A stretch of 64,000 bases of DNA from Eledone cirrhosa (taxonomy: Eukaryota): NCBI GenBank assembly GCA_964016885.1, contig OZ024740.1:86862001-86926000 (forward strand), in the 5' to 3' direction. Positions 13,860-27,700 of the stretch are shown one piece after another. A model generated the notes under the pieces. The model was not told the origin of the DNA. It ran no database searches and saw nothing but the letters and a program-made list of their open reading frames with translations. Numbering within the stretch: position 1 is the first letter of the stretch; every line of letters starts with the position of its first letter. Made by a program: the position numbers and the translations under genes.

Positions 13860-14370
13860 ACATCCTATCCTATCCTCAGTCGTCCAGTGGGATGCTCCAC
13901 TGATTCCACACGTGCTTCCATTCATCCCCATCTTTCACGATGGTCTGGAGCTCCTCTACTGTCTTTATCTATGTGTCTTCTAGCAGAGTGTCCATGTAGG
14001 TGATTTTTCTCCATCCTCTATACACTCTTCCCTAATTAGTTTGCCAAAGCACTAACTGGTTTGCCACCTCATCATTGTCTGGTGTGGTGGCCTGCAAATC
14101 ACATTGTTCTTTGTTGAATTTTTAATGAAACTTTTGGAAGATCATCATAAAGTTCTGCATTTGTTACATGGCTTCTCCATGACACATTAAGTGCCATTCT
14201 AAGCATTCTTGTGTAACAGCCATCTAATTGGTTTTTTGAAGGCTTTTTATAAATGTCCATGTCTCTGCTTCATAAAGAAAACAGATTCTACTGTAGCTAT
14301 GAACAATTTAACCTTCAGTCTTCTTGACTGCTTGGAGTTCCATAGCTGTTTTAGTTTATGGCACGCTGTC
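13860..14370 (-). mobile_element. Degenerate RTE-type LINE RT C-terminal fragment
   Basis: Minus-strand RMLRMALNVSWRSHVTN..FAGH..QLVLWQ..TYMDTLLED-like residues, with stops and frameshifts. Confidence 0.6.
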
Positions 14371-15080
14371 CATGCTAGAACTTTTCTTACCGAGAAGGTT
14401 TTTACAGAACTTTAGGTGGAATAGTCAGCTATTTTGCACAATAGTTCAAGTAGGTTGTTCATTTGATCAAACAACTGGATACCTGTTCTCTGTGAGAGTT
14501 CATCACTATACAATTGATGAATTTAATTGTTAATGATTAGACTAATCACTATAACATTCATTAATTTATACTAATTGATTGAAGGTGGATGGCTTAGTGG
14601 CTAGAGAATTGAAATCACAATTGTGAGGTTGTGGGTTTTACTCTCTGATCGGGCCATGTGTTAAGTCTTTGAATAAGGCATGTTATTTAACGTTCTTTCT
14701 GCCAAACGTTGTGACTGGTAGATAGTTTCAGCAATGGGAAGACCAGTGGAAATGTATCCTTGGTTCACTTTGATGAGCCTCACACCACTTGGTAAACAAG
14801 TGAGGTCTGGGATCATATTAATTGATCAACTGAACTAATAATTATCCTAAACTGAATTATTTTCAATGTTCTTCAAATGAAACATTTAGTAGGAAACGTT
14901 GCATTTTGGTGGATAAAGAAAGTTTCTATTGTATTTTATTGTTTAACACACACACACACACACACACAAGCACAGACACACAGAGACATATAGAGACCTC
15001 AACCACACTTTCACATATACATACAGACACTACAGAAATAGACACACTCATACACACACAAAATAGGTAGATACATACAT

Positions 15081-15530
15081 TCATGCATATATATGATGGC
15101 TGCAAACTCTGATGTGGGACGCTCGGATATGGCTTTTCAAGCCTGCTAGAGACTTGCACTCCTTCACACACTGACGACAACTATGGATCTCCCTGGCTTG
15201 AGGTCCCACATCAGGTTGCCCGTGAACCCTCACAACACCGTGGAGATCATAGTTCACTGGTTCTCTTTGAACATGGCTGCGACTGTGGCTCCTGAGACCA
15301 GATTTGCTCAAGCAAATTTTTCCACACTCAGGGCACTTCAATTCAATGGAGACACCGGTCGTTTCGAGAGATACACCAAGGCATTGCTTACGCACATCCC
15401 ATTTGATCTTCTCGTGCTCTATGTGTCTGTCCTCAAAATTATGGACCCCATCATTCACCATTCCACGACAAGTCTCTCTTTCAAGAGCTTCTATCTCCCA
15501 GTCAGCCATCATCAAACCAGTTTTTTTCAA
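15081..15530 (-). mobile_element. RTE-like LINE ORF C-terminus with two C2H2 zinc fingers
   Basis: DWEIEALERETCRGMV..CPECGKICLSKSGLRSHSRSH..CRQCVKECKSLAGLKSHIRASH. Confidence 0.7.
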
Positions 15531-15635
15531 TGAGTCCTTTAGACAATCCTATACATACATACATATACATACATATATGCGCACATACGAGTGTATATTG
15601 ATGTGTATGTATGTGTCTATGTACACATGCATGTG

Positions 15636-15682
<47 letters not shown>

Positions 15683-16397
15683 ATATGCGTATATTACTTC
15701 GTTAACCTCTGTATTAACTCAACAACTATTTAGCTTTGACAGTGTTGTCCCACTCATGTATACTATTGAAGATGAAAAGAAAGACTGTAAACACAGGCTT
15801 ATCTTTATAATTTAAAATTGATACACACTTCGATACTCTGTACATGCCAAACTCTTACTTTTGCCTCATGGCAGCTAGTTTTACACGCCGTAACGTTAGA
15901 TACATTATACCCCCCCCCCCACCTAAGTAATGTCAGGTTCTCCTCAAATAATTTATTAATAGCATTGTTGTAATTGTTGTTATTGTTCTAATTGAATGCC
16001 ATTACTACTTCATATAGTAGCCTGTATATTCTTTTCTTGCCTGTGTATTTTCTTCATTCTCGCATGCTCCGAAGATCTGACTGGTTATAATTTTGTATTG
16101 GCGATCGAGTAACGTGAAAATAAGCGAATAGCGATCTCTAGACCTACCAGTTCAGAGAAACAATTGTCAGCTATGAGATTAAAAACCTTTTTTGTATAGC
16201 AAACCATGTCAACCTTCTTTCCTGATTTATTATTACTCCAAGTGTTTACAACATAGGAATTATGGCATACCCGCAGCATCACTATGAAAACGCCTTGTTG
16301 AGTCAAACCAAGCCAAGCGTTAATATCATCCACTACCTGGAATACCATAACTGGACTTTACCTAAGTGGACTGCATTTAACTATTATTTGTTACCCC

Positions 16398-16437
<40 letters not shown>

Positions 16438-16438
<1 letters not shown>

Positions 16439-17408
16439 AATGGAAAAAATGAAATTTCATTTCTCACTCTTAGTATGGCCGATACCTAAATGTAAGTATG
16501 TACAAGTACATACATATATGTATACAGACGTATATATATACATACATGCACACATATATATATGTATGGGTTTACTGAACATTCATCATAATGTTCGGTT
16601 TGTTTGTAAACAAACAGCCCGAATTAAGCTGTACAGTGTTCGACAACCATCGTTGCCCTTTTGTTCAACACTGACAAAGGAAAAATGAACTAGTTTCTAG
16701 CTTATTAGCTGTCATCAGCACCGTATACCTTCCTGTCCGTCGATTGAATGTTTGAAAGTATATACTTTCCCTATGCATATTAACGGCTGAGCAGCCTAAT
16801 TTACATATCAAGTGAGTTAGTCGGCCGGGCGTACCGAAAACGATAAATGGAAAAAATGAAATTTCATTTCTCACTCTTAGTATGGCTGATACTTAAATGT
16901 AAGTATGTACACCTACATACATATATGTATACAGACGTACAGTAGTATGTATATACATACATACATGCACATATATATATATATGTACGTATGGGTTTAC
17001 CGAACATTCATCATAATGTTCGGTTTATTTGTAAACAAACAGCCCGATTTAAGCCGACTAACTAACTCGATACGCAAATTAGGCTGCTCAGCCGTTAATA
17101 TGCATAGGGAAAGTATATACTTTCAAACGTTCAATCGACTGACAGGAAGGTATACAGTGCTGATGACAGCTAATAAGCTAGAAACTAGTTTATCTTTCCT
17201 TTGTCAGTGTTGAACAAAAGGGCAACGATGGTTGCTAAACACTGTACGGCTTAATTCGGGATGTTTGTTTACAAACAAACCGCACATTATAATAAATGTT
17301 CGGTAAACCCATACGTACATATATATATATGTGTGCATGTATGTATGTATATACATACTACTGTACGTCTGTATACATATATGTATGTACGTGTACATAC
17401 TTACATTT
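16438..17408. repeat. Composite direct/inverted repeat A-B-A-B'-A' (unit ~407 bp)
   Basis: A starts recur at 16438 and 16845. B (16621-16825) is inverted at 17052-17260, followed by an inverted A to ~17408. Confidence 0.85.
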
Positions 17409-17774
17409 ATACATATTTACATATACGTATCAATGCATATATATATATATGAAAAATGGCGTGCTGCGTTGTTGCAAATGGGATACATATGAATAAAATT
17501 AGAGCAAGAAGACAGGACTGTCCGTCATCAGTGATCTTCCAGCCATCATCGGTATTTCTTCGCATTAAAGACCATATACCTCCGGCTGGTGCGAGCAATA
17601 ACTAAAAAAAGTTATTGGGACGAGTAGAATTGGGTGAGAAAGCGAGACGTGTAAACAAACAGAGATGGTAATGCAACGGAAAGAGAGGAAGATGAGAGAC
17701 AAGGCCGTGATATATGTGAACTTAAGTTAGAGAAAATCGTGAACGAGGAGAGACAGACGCGTCCACACACCGTG

Positions 17775-19140
17775 AGATGGGTGGGTGTGTAGAGATGGGT
17801 GGGTGTGTAGAGACGAGTGGGTGTGTAGAGATGGGTGGGTGTGTAGAGACGAGTGGGTGTGTAGAGATGGGTGGGTGTGTAGAGACGAGTGGGTGTGTAG
17901 AGATGGGTGGGTGTGTAGATGGGTGGATGTATAGAGATGGGTGGGTGTGTAGAGATGGGTGGGTGTGTAGATGGGTGAGTGTGTAGAGACGAGTGGGTGT
18001 GTAGAGATGGGTGGGTGTGTAGATGGGTGGATGTATAGAGATGGGTGGGTGTGTAGAGATGGGTGGGTGTGTAGATGGGTGAGTGTGTAGAGATGGGTGG
18101 ATGTGTAGAGATGGGTGGGTGTGTAGAGATGGGTGGGTGTGTAGAGATGGGTGGGTGTGTAGAGATGGGTGGGTGTGTAGAGATGGGTGGGTGTGTAGAT
18201 GGGTGGATGTATAGAGATGGGTGGGTGTGTAGAGATGGGTGGGTGTGTAGATGGGTGAGTGTGTAGAGAGGAGTGGGTGTGTAGAGATGGGTGGGTGTGT
18301 AGATGGGTGGATGTATAGAGATGGGTGGGTGTGTAGAGATGGGTGGGTGTGTAGATGGGTGAGTGTGTAGAGATGGGTGGATGTATAGAGATGGGTGGGT
18401 GTGTAGAGACGAGTGGGTGTGTAGAGATGGGTGGGTGTGTAGAGACGAGTGGGTGTGTAGAGATGGGTGGGTGTGTAGATGGGTGGATGTATAGAGATGG
18501 GTGGGTGTGTAGAGATGGGTGGGTGTGTAGATGGGTGAGTGTGTAGAGACGAGTGGGTGTGTAGAGATGTGTGGGTGTGTAGATGGGTGGATGTATAGAG
18601 ATGGGTGGGTGTGTAGAGATGGGTGGGTGTGTAGATGGGTGAGTGTGTAGAGATGGGTGGATGTGTAGAGATGGGTGGGTGTGTAAAGATGGGTGGGTGT
18701 GTAGAGATGGGTGGATGTGTAGCGATGGGTGGGTATGTAGAGACGGGTGGGTGTGTAGAGACGGGTGTGTGTGTAGAGATGGGTGGGTGTGTAGAGATGG
18801 GTGGGTATGTAGAGACGGGTGGATGTATAGAGATGGGTGGGTGTGTAGAGATGGGTGGGTGTGTAGAGATGGGTGGGTGTGTAGATGGGTGGGTGTGTAG
18901 ATGGGTGGGTGTGTAGAGATGGGTGGGTGTGTAGAGATGGGTGGGTGTGTAGAGATGGGTGGATGTGTAGAGATGGGTGGGTACGTAGAGACGGGTGGGT
19001 GTGTAGAGACGGGTGGGTGTGTAGAGATGGGTGGGTGTGTAGAGACGGGTGGGTGTGTAGAGACGGGTAGGTGTGTAGAGATGGGTGGATGTGTAGAGAT
19101 GGGTGGGTGTGTAGAGATGGGTGGATGTGTAGAGATGGGT
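17775..19140. repeat. G-rich 18-bp minisatellite (GAGATGGGTGGGTGTGTA)n with ~280-bp higher-order period, decaying into (TG)n-rich repeats to ~19510
   Basis: The unit is visible directly. ORF starts and ends in the track recur every 280 bp (18075/18355/18635; 17986/18266/18546). Confidence 0.95.
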
Positions 19141-19422
19141 GTGTGTGTATTGTGTGGTCTGAGTGTAGAGATGTGTGTGTGTGTATATTGTGTGGTCTGA
19201 GTGTAGAGATGTGTGTGTGTGTGTGTATTGTGTGGTCTGTGTTTAGAGATGTGTGTGTGTATTGTGTGGTCTGTGTTTAGAAATGTGTGTGTGTTGTGTA
19301 GTCTCTGTGTGTAATGATGTGTGTGTGTGTGTATTGTGTAGTCTGTGTGTAACGATGTGTGTGTGTATTGTGTGGTCTGTGTGTAAAGATGTGTGTGTGT
19401 ATTGTGTGGTCTGTGTGGAACG

Positions 19423-19501
<79 letters not shown>

Positions 19502-19630
19502 GTGTGGTCTGTTATGTTTAGATAAATATTCTGTTCAATAATTTTATCTTTTTTGGCCACACTTCCACACATACTTCACCCAACAATCTACATGTGTGTA
19601 TGTATGTGTATGGGTAAGTGTATGCAATGT

Positions 19631-19694
<64 letters not shown>

Positions 19695-20035
19695 GGAGGC
19701 ACATGGCTTAGTAGTTAGAGCATTGGCCTTGCAATCGAAAGGTTGTGAGTTCAATTCTCAGACCGGGTGATGTGTTGTTTCCTTGAGCAAGACACTTTAT
19801 TTCACATTGCTCCAGTTTACTCAGCTGTAGAAATGAGATGATAGGACTGAGGTCCCTATCATTCCACTGCAAAGTGTTCGTGGAGGTGCCACGGCAAAAA
19901 AACACCCAGCACTCACTGTAAATGAGGTTGGTGTTAGGAAGGGCATCCAGCTGTAGAAATCAAGACAGAATCAGGTCCCGTCCCACCCTTGCAAGCAGGG
20001 AAAAGTGGACGTAAAATGATGATGATGATGGTGAT
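19695..20035 (+). mobile_element. SINE family B, full length, in (TA)n
   Basis: Near-identical to 6853-7194. Confidence 0.9.
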
Positions 20036-20789
20036 ATATATATATATATGGGGGGAGGGGGGTATATACATTTGTGTGTGTAGCATGTGTGTGAGGGTGT
20101 GTATGCATGTGTGTGTATATATGTATGTGTACTTTTTAACTAGATATATCCTGGTCAAGTAGTTAAGAGGTTCACTTTACAATTATGAGGTCCTGGGTTT
20201 GATCTGACCACATTCTATGTAGAGTATGTTTTACCATAACCTCATGTCCTCCTAAGCCTTCTGAGTGAAATTGAGGAGACAGAAACTGTGTGCAAGTGAA
20301 TCATTTGGATAGCCTTTACCTGTAATTCAAAGGGCCAGCTTGTCATAAGCTGTCATACTGAATCTCCCTGAGAATTACGTTAATGCTCCACATGTCTGTA
20401 GGATATTCAGCCAAATATATGTTAATTTCATGACCAAGCTGTTCCATTGATCAAACCACTGGAACACATCATCAAAACTGATAGAGATCTATTCGATTTG
20501 TGTATGTATGTGTGTATGTGAGTGTGAACGTAAGTGTGTGGGTACTTATGTGTATACATGTGTGTGTGTACTTATGTGTGTAGTATACAAGTTTGTGTAC
20601 TTATGTGAGTGCGTACGTATGTGTGTGTACACATGTATGTATTTATGTGTCTGTAACTGTGTGTGTTCGTGTGTGTACTTGTGCGTGCGCGCGTGCGTGT
20701 GTGTACGTACGTATGTGGGCGTGTACGTGGGTGTGTATATACGTATGTGCGTGTATATGTGTGAGTACATGTGTGTGTACTTATCTGTT

Positions 20790-21460
20790 AGGCCAGGTTC
20801 CTGCCTGTTGCTGGTACCATATAACCCAGTAATAACCAGTTTCATGGTTGGATGGTAGGCGACAAAACCAGCTACCTCAGCAGACCCTGGAGGGTAAGTG
20901 GAAACCCAGCAACACAGAAATAAGAGCTGTCAAAGTGCAGATGTCAACGGCCATCCACTCCAAGTATACGTTAAATAATCCCTTCAACCTGCAATTGGCC
21001 AAGCGTGGAGAGTATGGCTACACCAAACTGGAGAGATTAAACTCCATGACAATAACACATGCTATCCTCGTAACTGTCCTATTATCTTGCCTTGGCTTGT
21101 CACTGGACAGATAGCTGCGGGGGTGAAGTGGGTGCTATGTGTGTGTAGCACAAACACAGAGCATTGCCATCTTTGTGTCCAGATATTTCTTCACAAGCCT
21201 CACAGCTGTGTAGGAATCGCAACGTGTGCAGATGCGATTGGTTAGAAACACATAGTCATAAATCTACCGCTGTTCAGCTCGAGTCATATCTTTACGTCGC
21301 TGCACTGTTAACCTGAACAGCAACATGCTTCGGCAGAGTCTTGAGCGGGTGGGCAGCCTTTTTGGGGGACCCACTACTCACCCATAGCACATGGGTAGGG
21401 TCTGAAAAAGGTGACTTAAACAAAGCCTGTTCAGTCATCAAACTGGCCAGCAGCCTACAA
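20790..21460 (+). mobile_element. Probable RTE LINE 5'UTR remnant
   Basis: GC-richer segment whose start resembles 63525-63650 (ctggta..cccagta..ggcgac.aaac.gc.acc), which precedes endonuclease-like sequence. Confidence 0.4.
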
Positions 21461-21472
21461 TTGGTGGTGGTT

Positions 21473-21665
21473 AATAATTGTTTTTACATTTGGAACAAGG
21501 CCAGCAAATATCCTAGTGCATTACTGGTACTTTATTTTATCGACCCCGTATGATAAAAAGCAAAGTTAACCTCAACGGGATTTGCACTCAGACCATAAAG
21601 AGCCGTAACTCTATGCTGCAAAATATGGCGTGCGACCCTCTACCAATACTGCCAATCCACCGCCC
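21473..21665 (-). mobile_element. SINE family A
   Basis: Homologous to 9732-9953. Confidence 0.85.
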
Positions 21666-21724
21666 TCACCTGGTTAATAATAGCAGGGGATTAATTGAAG
21701 AGGGGCAGTCTTCCATAAAGAAGA

Positions 21725-23410
21725 GTACATGTGTGTGTATATGTGTATGTACGTGTGTATGTGTACGTGAATGTGTACGTATATGTGTGTACGTGTGCGT
21801 GTGCGTTGTGCGTGTGCATGTGTGTATACATGTGTACTTATATGTGTGTACGTGTGTGTGTACATATGTGTACGTGTGTGTGTACATATGTGTACATATG
21901 TGTGTGTACATGCGTGTGTATACGTATGTGTGTGTATACGTATGTGTGTAAGTACATGTGTGTGTACGTATGGCGTGTGTACGTGTGTGCATACGTATGT
22001 ATGTGAGTGAACATGTGTGAGTACATGTGTGTGTGTGTGAACGTGTGTGAGTACATGTGTGTGAGTACATGTGTGTGTACATGTCTGTACATGTGTCTGT
22101 ACCTGTGTGAGTGTACATGTGTGTGTACATGTGTATATATACATGTGTGTGTAGATGTGTCTATACATGTGTGTGTGTACATGTGTCTCTACATGTGTCT
22201 GTACATGTGACTCTACATGTGTGTGTACATGTGTCTATACATGTGTGTGTGTGTACATGTGTCTATACATGTATGTGTACATGTCTCTATACATGTGTGT
22301 GTACATGTCTCTATACATGTGTGTGTGCATGTGTATATACATGTGCGTCTGTGTACATGTGTCTATACATGTGTGCGTGTGTACATGTGTGTGTAATGTG
22401 TCTATACATGTGTGTGTACATGTGTCTATACATGTGTGTGTACATGTGTCTCTACATACGTGTGTACATGTGTGTGTAATGTGTCTATACATGTGTGTGT
22501 ACATGTGTCTATACATGTGTGTGTACATGTGTCTCTACATACGTGTGTACATGTGTGTGTACTCTCTACTTATGTCTGTACGTGTTTTCATGACTTACAT
22601 TCTCTTCTCAATAGTATTTTTGAATAAAAAAAATCAATAACTGTTATATTTAATATGGTATATATTACTAATTGGTGATAATTCTTACATAGTCTGCTAG
22701 TGTGTGTGTATGTATGGGTATATATGTATGCATGGGTAAATGTGGGTATGTATGTGTGGGTATGTGTGTGTATGTATGGGTATGTATGTGTGGGTATGTG
22801 TCGGTATGTATGGGTATGTGTGGGTATGTGTGTGTATGTATGGGTATGTATGTGCGTGTATGTATGTATGGGTAAATGTGGGTATGTATGTGTGGGTATG
22901 TGTGTGTATGTATGGGTATGTATGTGTGGGTATATGTGGGTATGTATGGGCATGTGTGTGTATGTATGTGTGGGTATGTGTGTGTATGTATGTGTGGGTA
23001 TGTATGGGTATGTGTGTGTGTGTATGTGTGGGTATGCATGTGTGTGTACGTATGTGTGTGTATGTGTATGTGTGGGTATATATGTGTGGGTACGTATATA
23101 TGTGTATGTGTGTGTGTGTATGTATGTGTACGTATGTGTGTGTATCTGTGGGTATGTATATGTGGGTATGTATGGGTATATGTGTGTATGTATGTGTGGG
23201 TATGTATGTGTATGTATGTGTGTGCATATTTATATATATGTGCATGTATGTGTGTGTATGTGTATGTATGTGTATGTATGTGTGTATATGTGTGTATTTG
23301 TGAGTATATGAGTGTATGTGTTATATGTATGTGTGTATGTGTATGTGCGTGTGTATGTGTGTGTGTATGTGTGTGTGTATGTATGTGTTATATATATATA
23401 TATATGTGTG
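21725..23410. repeat. Degenerate (TG)n/GTAC-, CATGT- and GGGTAT-based simple repeats
   Basis: Directly visible. Confidence 0.9.
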
Positions 23411-23740
23411 TAAGTCTGTGAATAGACTAGCTTAAATCATCTTCTTTAATGCAGACATACAATTTAGATATTGTAATGAATGAATAGTTTTTATAATGTT
23501 GATTATGTTAATGATGATGATGAGGGGGGGGGAGAAATGAGGACTGTAGTAAGTAGTAGTAGTAGGAGGAGGAGGAGGGGAGGGGAATGGGGGTAGAAGT
23601 AGTAGTGGTGGTGGTGATGGTGGTGGTAGTAGTAGTAGGAGGAAGAGGAGGATGAGGAGGACGAGGGGGAATGAGGCGGTAGTAAGTAGTAGTAGTAGAG
23701 GGAGGAGGAGGGGAGGAAGGCAGTAGTTAGTGATGGCAAT

Positions 23741-26345
23741 CTGTAACACTGACCAACACACTAACACCATCCTGTAACACTGACCAACACACTAACACCA
23801 GCCTGTATCAATGACCAACACACTAACACCATCCTGTAACACTGACCAACACACTAACACCAGCCTGTAACACTGACCAACACACTAACACCATCCTGTA
23901 ACACTGACCAACACACTAACACCAGCCTGTATCAATGACCAACACACTAACACCAGCCTGTATCACTGACCAACACACTAACACCATCCTGTAACACTGA
24001 CCAACACACTAACACCAGCCTGTAACACTGACCAACACACTAACACCAGCCTGTATCAATGACCAACACACTAACACCAGCCTGTATCACTGACCAACAC
24101 ACTAACACCATCCTGTAACACTGACCAACACACTAACACCAGCCTGTATCAATGACCAATACACTAACACCAGTCTGTATCAATGACCAACACACCAACA
24201 CCAGCCTGTATCACTGACCAACACACTAACACCATCCTGTAACACTGACCAACACACTAACACCAGCCTGTATCAAAGACTAACACACTAACACCAGCCT
24301 GTATCACTGACCAACACACCAACACCAGCCTGTATCACTAACAAACACACTAACACCAGCCTGTATCAATGACCAACACACTAACACCATCCTGTAACAC
24401 TGACCAACACACTAACACCAGCCTGTATCAATGACCAACACACTAACACCAGCCTGTATCACTGACCAACACACTAACACCAGCTTGTATCAATGACCAA
24501 CACACTAACACCAGCCTGTATCAATGACCAACACACTAACACCAGCCTGTATCACTAACAAACACACTAACACCAGCCTGTATCACTGACCAACACACTA
24601 ACACCATCCTGTAACACTAACAAACACACTAACACCAGCCTGTATCACTGACCAACACACTAACACCAGCCTGTATCACTGACCAACACACTACTACCAG
24701 CCTGTATCACTGACCATCACACTACAACCAGCCTGTATCACTAACAAACACACTAACACCAGCCTGTATCACTGACCAACACACTAACACCAGCCTGTAT
24801 CACTGACCAACACACTAACACCATCCTGTAACACTGACCAACACACTAACACCAGCCTGTATCAATGACCAACACACTAACACCAGCCTGTATCACTGAC
24901 CAACACACTAACACCATCCTGTAACACTGACCAACACACTAACACCAGCCTGTATCAATGACCAACACACTAACACCAGCCTGTATCACTGACCAACACA
25001 CTAACACCATCCTGTAACACTGAGCAACACACTAACACCAGCCTGTATCAATGACCAACACACTAACACCAGCCTGTATCACTGACCAACACACTAACAC
25101 CATCCTGTAACACTGACCAACACACTAACACCAGCCTGTATCAATGACCAATACACTAACACCAGTCTGTATCAATGACCAACACACCAGCCTGTATCAC
25201 TGACCAACACACTAACACCATCCTGTAACACTGACCAACACACTAACACCAGCCTGTATCAAAGACTAACACACTAACACCAGCCTGTATCAAAGACTAA
25301 CACACTAACACCAGCCTGTATCACTGACCAACACACCAACACCAGCCTGTATCACTGACCAACACACTAACACCAGCCTGTATCAAAGACCAACACACTA
25401 ACACCAGCCTGTATTAATGACCAACACATTAACACCAGCCTGTATCACTGACCAACACACTAACACCAGCCTGTATCAATGACCAACACACTAACACCAG
25501 CCTGTATCACTGACCAACACACTACAACCAGCCTGTATCACTGACCAACACACTACAACCAGCCTGTATCAAAGACTAACACACTAACACCAGCCTGTAT
25601 CAAAGACTAACACACTAACACCAGCCTGTATCACTGACCAACACACCAACACCAGCCTGTATCACTGACCAGCACACTAACACCAGCCTGTATCAAAGAC
25701 CAACACACTAACACCAGCCTGTATCAAAGACCAACACACTAACACCAGCCTGTATTAATGACCAACACATTAACACCAGCCTGTATCAACGACCAACACA
25801 CTAACACCAGCCTGTATCAATGACCAACACACTAACACCAGCCTGTATCAATGACCAACACACTAACACCAGCCTGTATCACTAACAAACACACTAACAC
25901 CAGCCTGTATCACTGACCAACACACTAACACCAGCCTGTATCACTGACCAACACACTAACACCAGCCTGTATCACTGACCAACACACTAACACCAGCCTG
26001 TATCACTGACCAACACACTAACACCAGCCTGTATCAATGACCAACACACTAACACCAGCCTGTATCACTGACCAACACACTACAACCAGCCTGTATCACT
26101 GATCAACACACTACAACCAGCCTGTATCACTAACAAACACACTAACACCAGACTGTATCAATGACCAACACACTAACACCAGCCTGTATCACTGACCAAC
26201 ACACTAACACCAGCCTGTATCACTGACCAACACACTAACACCAGCCTGTATCACTGACCAACACACTAACACCAGCCTGTATCACTAACCAACACACTAA
26301 CACCAGCCTGTATCAATGACCAATGCACTAACACCAACCTGTATT
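23741..26345. repeat. 31-bp minisatellite (CTGTATCACTGACCAACACACTAACACCAGC)n, about 84 copies
   Basis: Period 31 (23741 to 23772) maintained over ~2.6 kb with recurring variants. Confidence 0.97.
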
Positions 26346-26349
26346 TAAG

Positions 26350-27700
26350 ACCAAACAAGCTTCACTTTTTTCATCTCCAAATCCATTATTTAGCCATCTA
26401 TTACCATATCAACATCCTTCAGATCCTCTGAGCCTTTTGTAGTCAATGTTGTACATCTCATATTTTCCCACCTTACAAGAATCATTGCCTCTCAAATCTT
26501 CTGCTACTTCAGCTGAACTAATGTTTTTATGGTTTCAGCAAATGAGGAAGGGCATTGCCCATTACCTTTCAGGGTCCCTGAAACTGGTGAGGTGAAATGA
26601 GGAACAAATGGTTGTGTTAAATAGGGCAGCAGACTAAGTCTACTATTCAAAAATAAGGACAGTTTCTCAAATGGGCTTGCACACAGCTTCTGCCAAACAA
26701 ATTTTCCACAAAATGCTTTGGTTATTTCAAGGCTGCAGTGATATTGAACCCCAAACCACAACTGATCAGAGCTCTACTAATTCTATTATGACTAAAATTG
26801 GCAGCAAATGTACATTAACTCTGAGTAATCCAAAATAACTAGGCAAGTTATCAATATTTATTCCTAGGTATATTACTCCACAACTACCCCATATCATACA
26901 CTCCTCCACTTCATGTAGTTCAATTGGTGATGTGTTGTAGTTGTATAGATGAATGCTGTTTACAAGGAGGAAGTTACCTTTCAACCATCAACTGAAGGGT
27001 GTTCACTCAATACTGAAACACCAAAAAGACAACTCTCACACAATATGGTTCCAGCTATAACTGAATCTTGGGCCAAGCTGGTCATCTTTTTTAATCTATG
27101 AAAAAATGCATATATCTTTCACCTTTTACTAAAGTTAGCGTTTGTAAATTAATGTGTTTACATGGGCATTCTCACAGCTTTGGTTCAATCCTGTACTGTT
27201 TCTATATAGGTATACATTTACCAATGAAGCCTTCTTCAATTCTTTCATAAACTTGTAATCTCTCATCCTTAATAACTTTAGCTAGAGATATGTTGTTGTT
27301 CTTTACAATAGTGAAACCTTTGACCTTGTTTAACATGAAAGTCTCATAGCTAAATTGCCAGCCTATGTTCTCCATTCATCTTGGCTAAGATCTTGGTCAT
27401 GTTCTCTAAACTTTGATGTACCCCAAGATAAATAGTTTTCTCCCACATTCATTACTTTGTAATAGCAAATACATCCAATAATATCTCTACCTATAAATAT
27501 CCCTCCTTAACTTTCTGCAAACTTGTGTCATCAACATGTAAACTAAATATTTTACACCATTCATGCAGTGCTTTCATGAAGTTTTCAAGTTATTTTCCAT
27601 TTAGATCAAGAAAATTACAGCAATAAACCGTCGCTGAATATATCAAAGTTTGTTTTTAACCTATCCATCTCTAAACATTGAACAACAACATAAACTAAAA
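26350..27700 (-). mobile_element. Highly decayed non-LTR retrotransposon RT fragment
   Basis: Minus-strand remnants such as LHVDDT and YLGV with many stops. Confidence 0.4.

Noticed and set aside
17777-19280. (EMGGCV)n and (RDGWVC)n repeat proteins
   Set aside because: Frames are broken by 16-nt variant units and there is no splice or gene context; this is a non-coding minisatellite.
23741-26345. CRISPR-like array
   Set aside because: Head-to-tail repeats without unique spacers, no cas genes, and a eukaryotic context.
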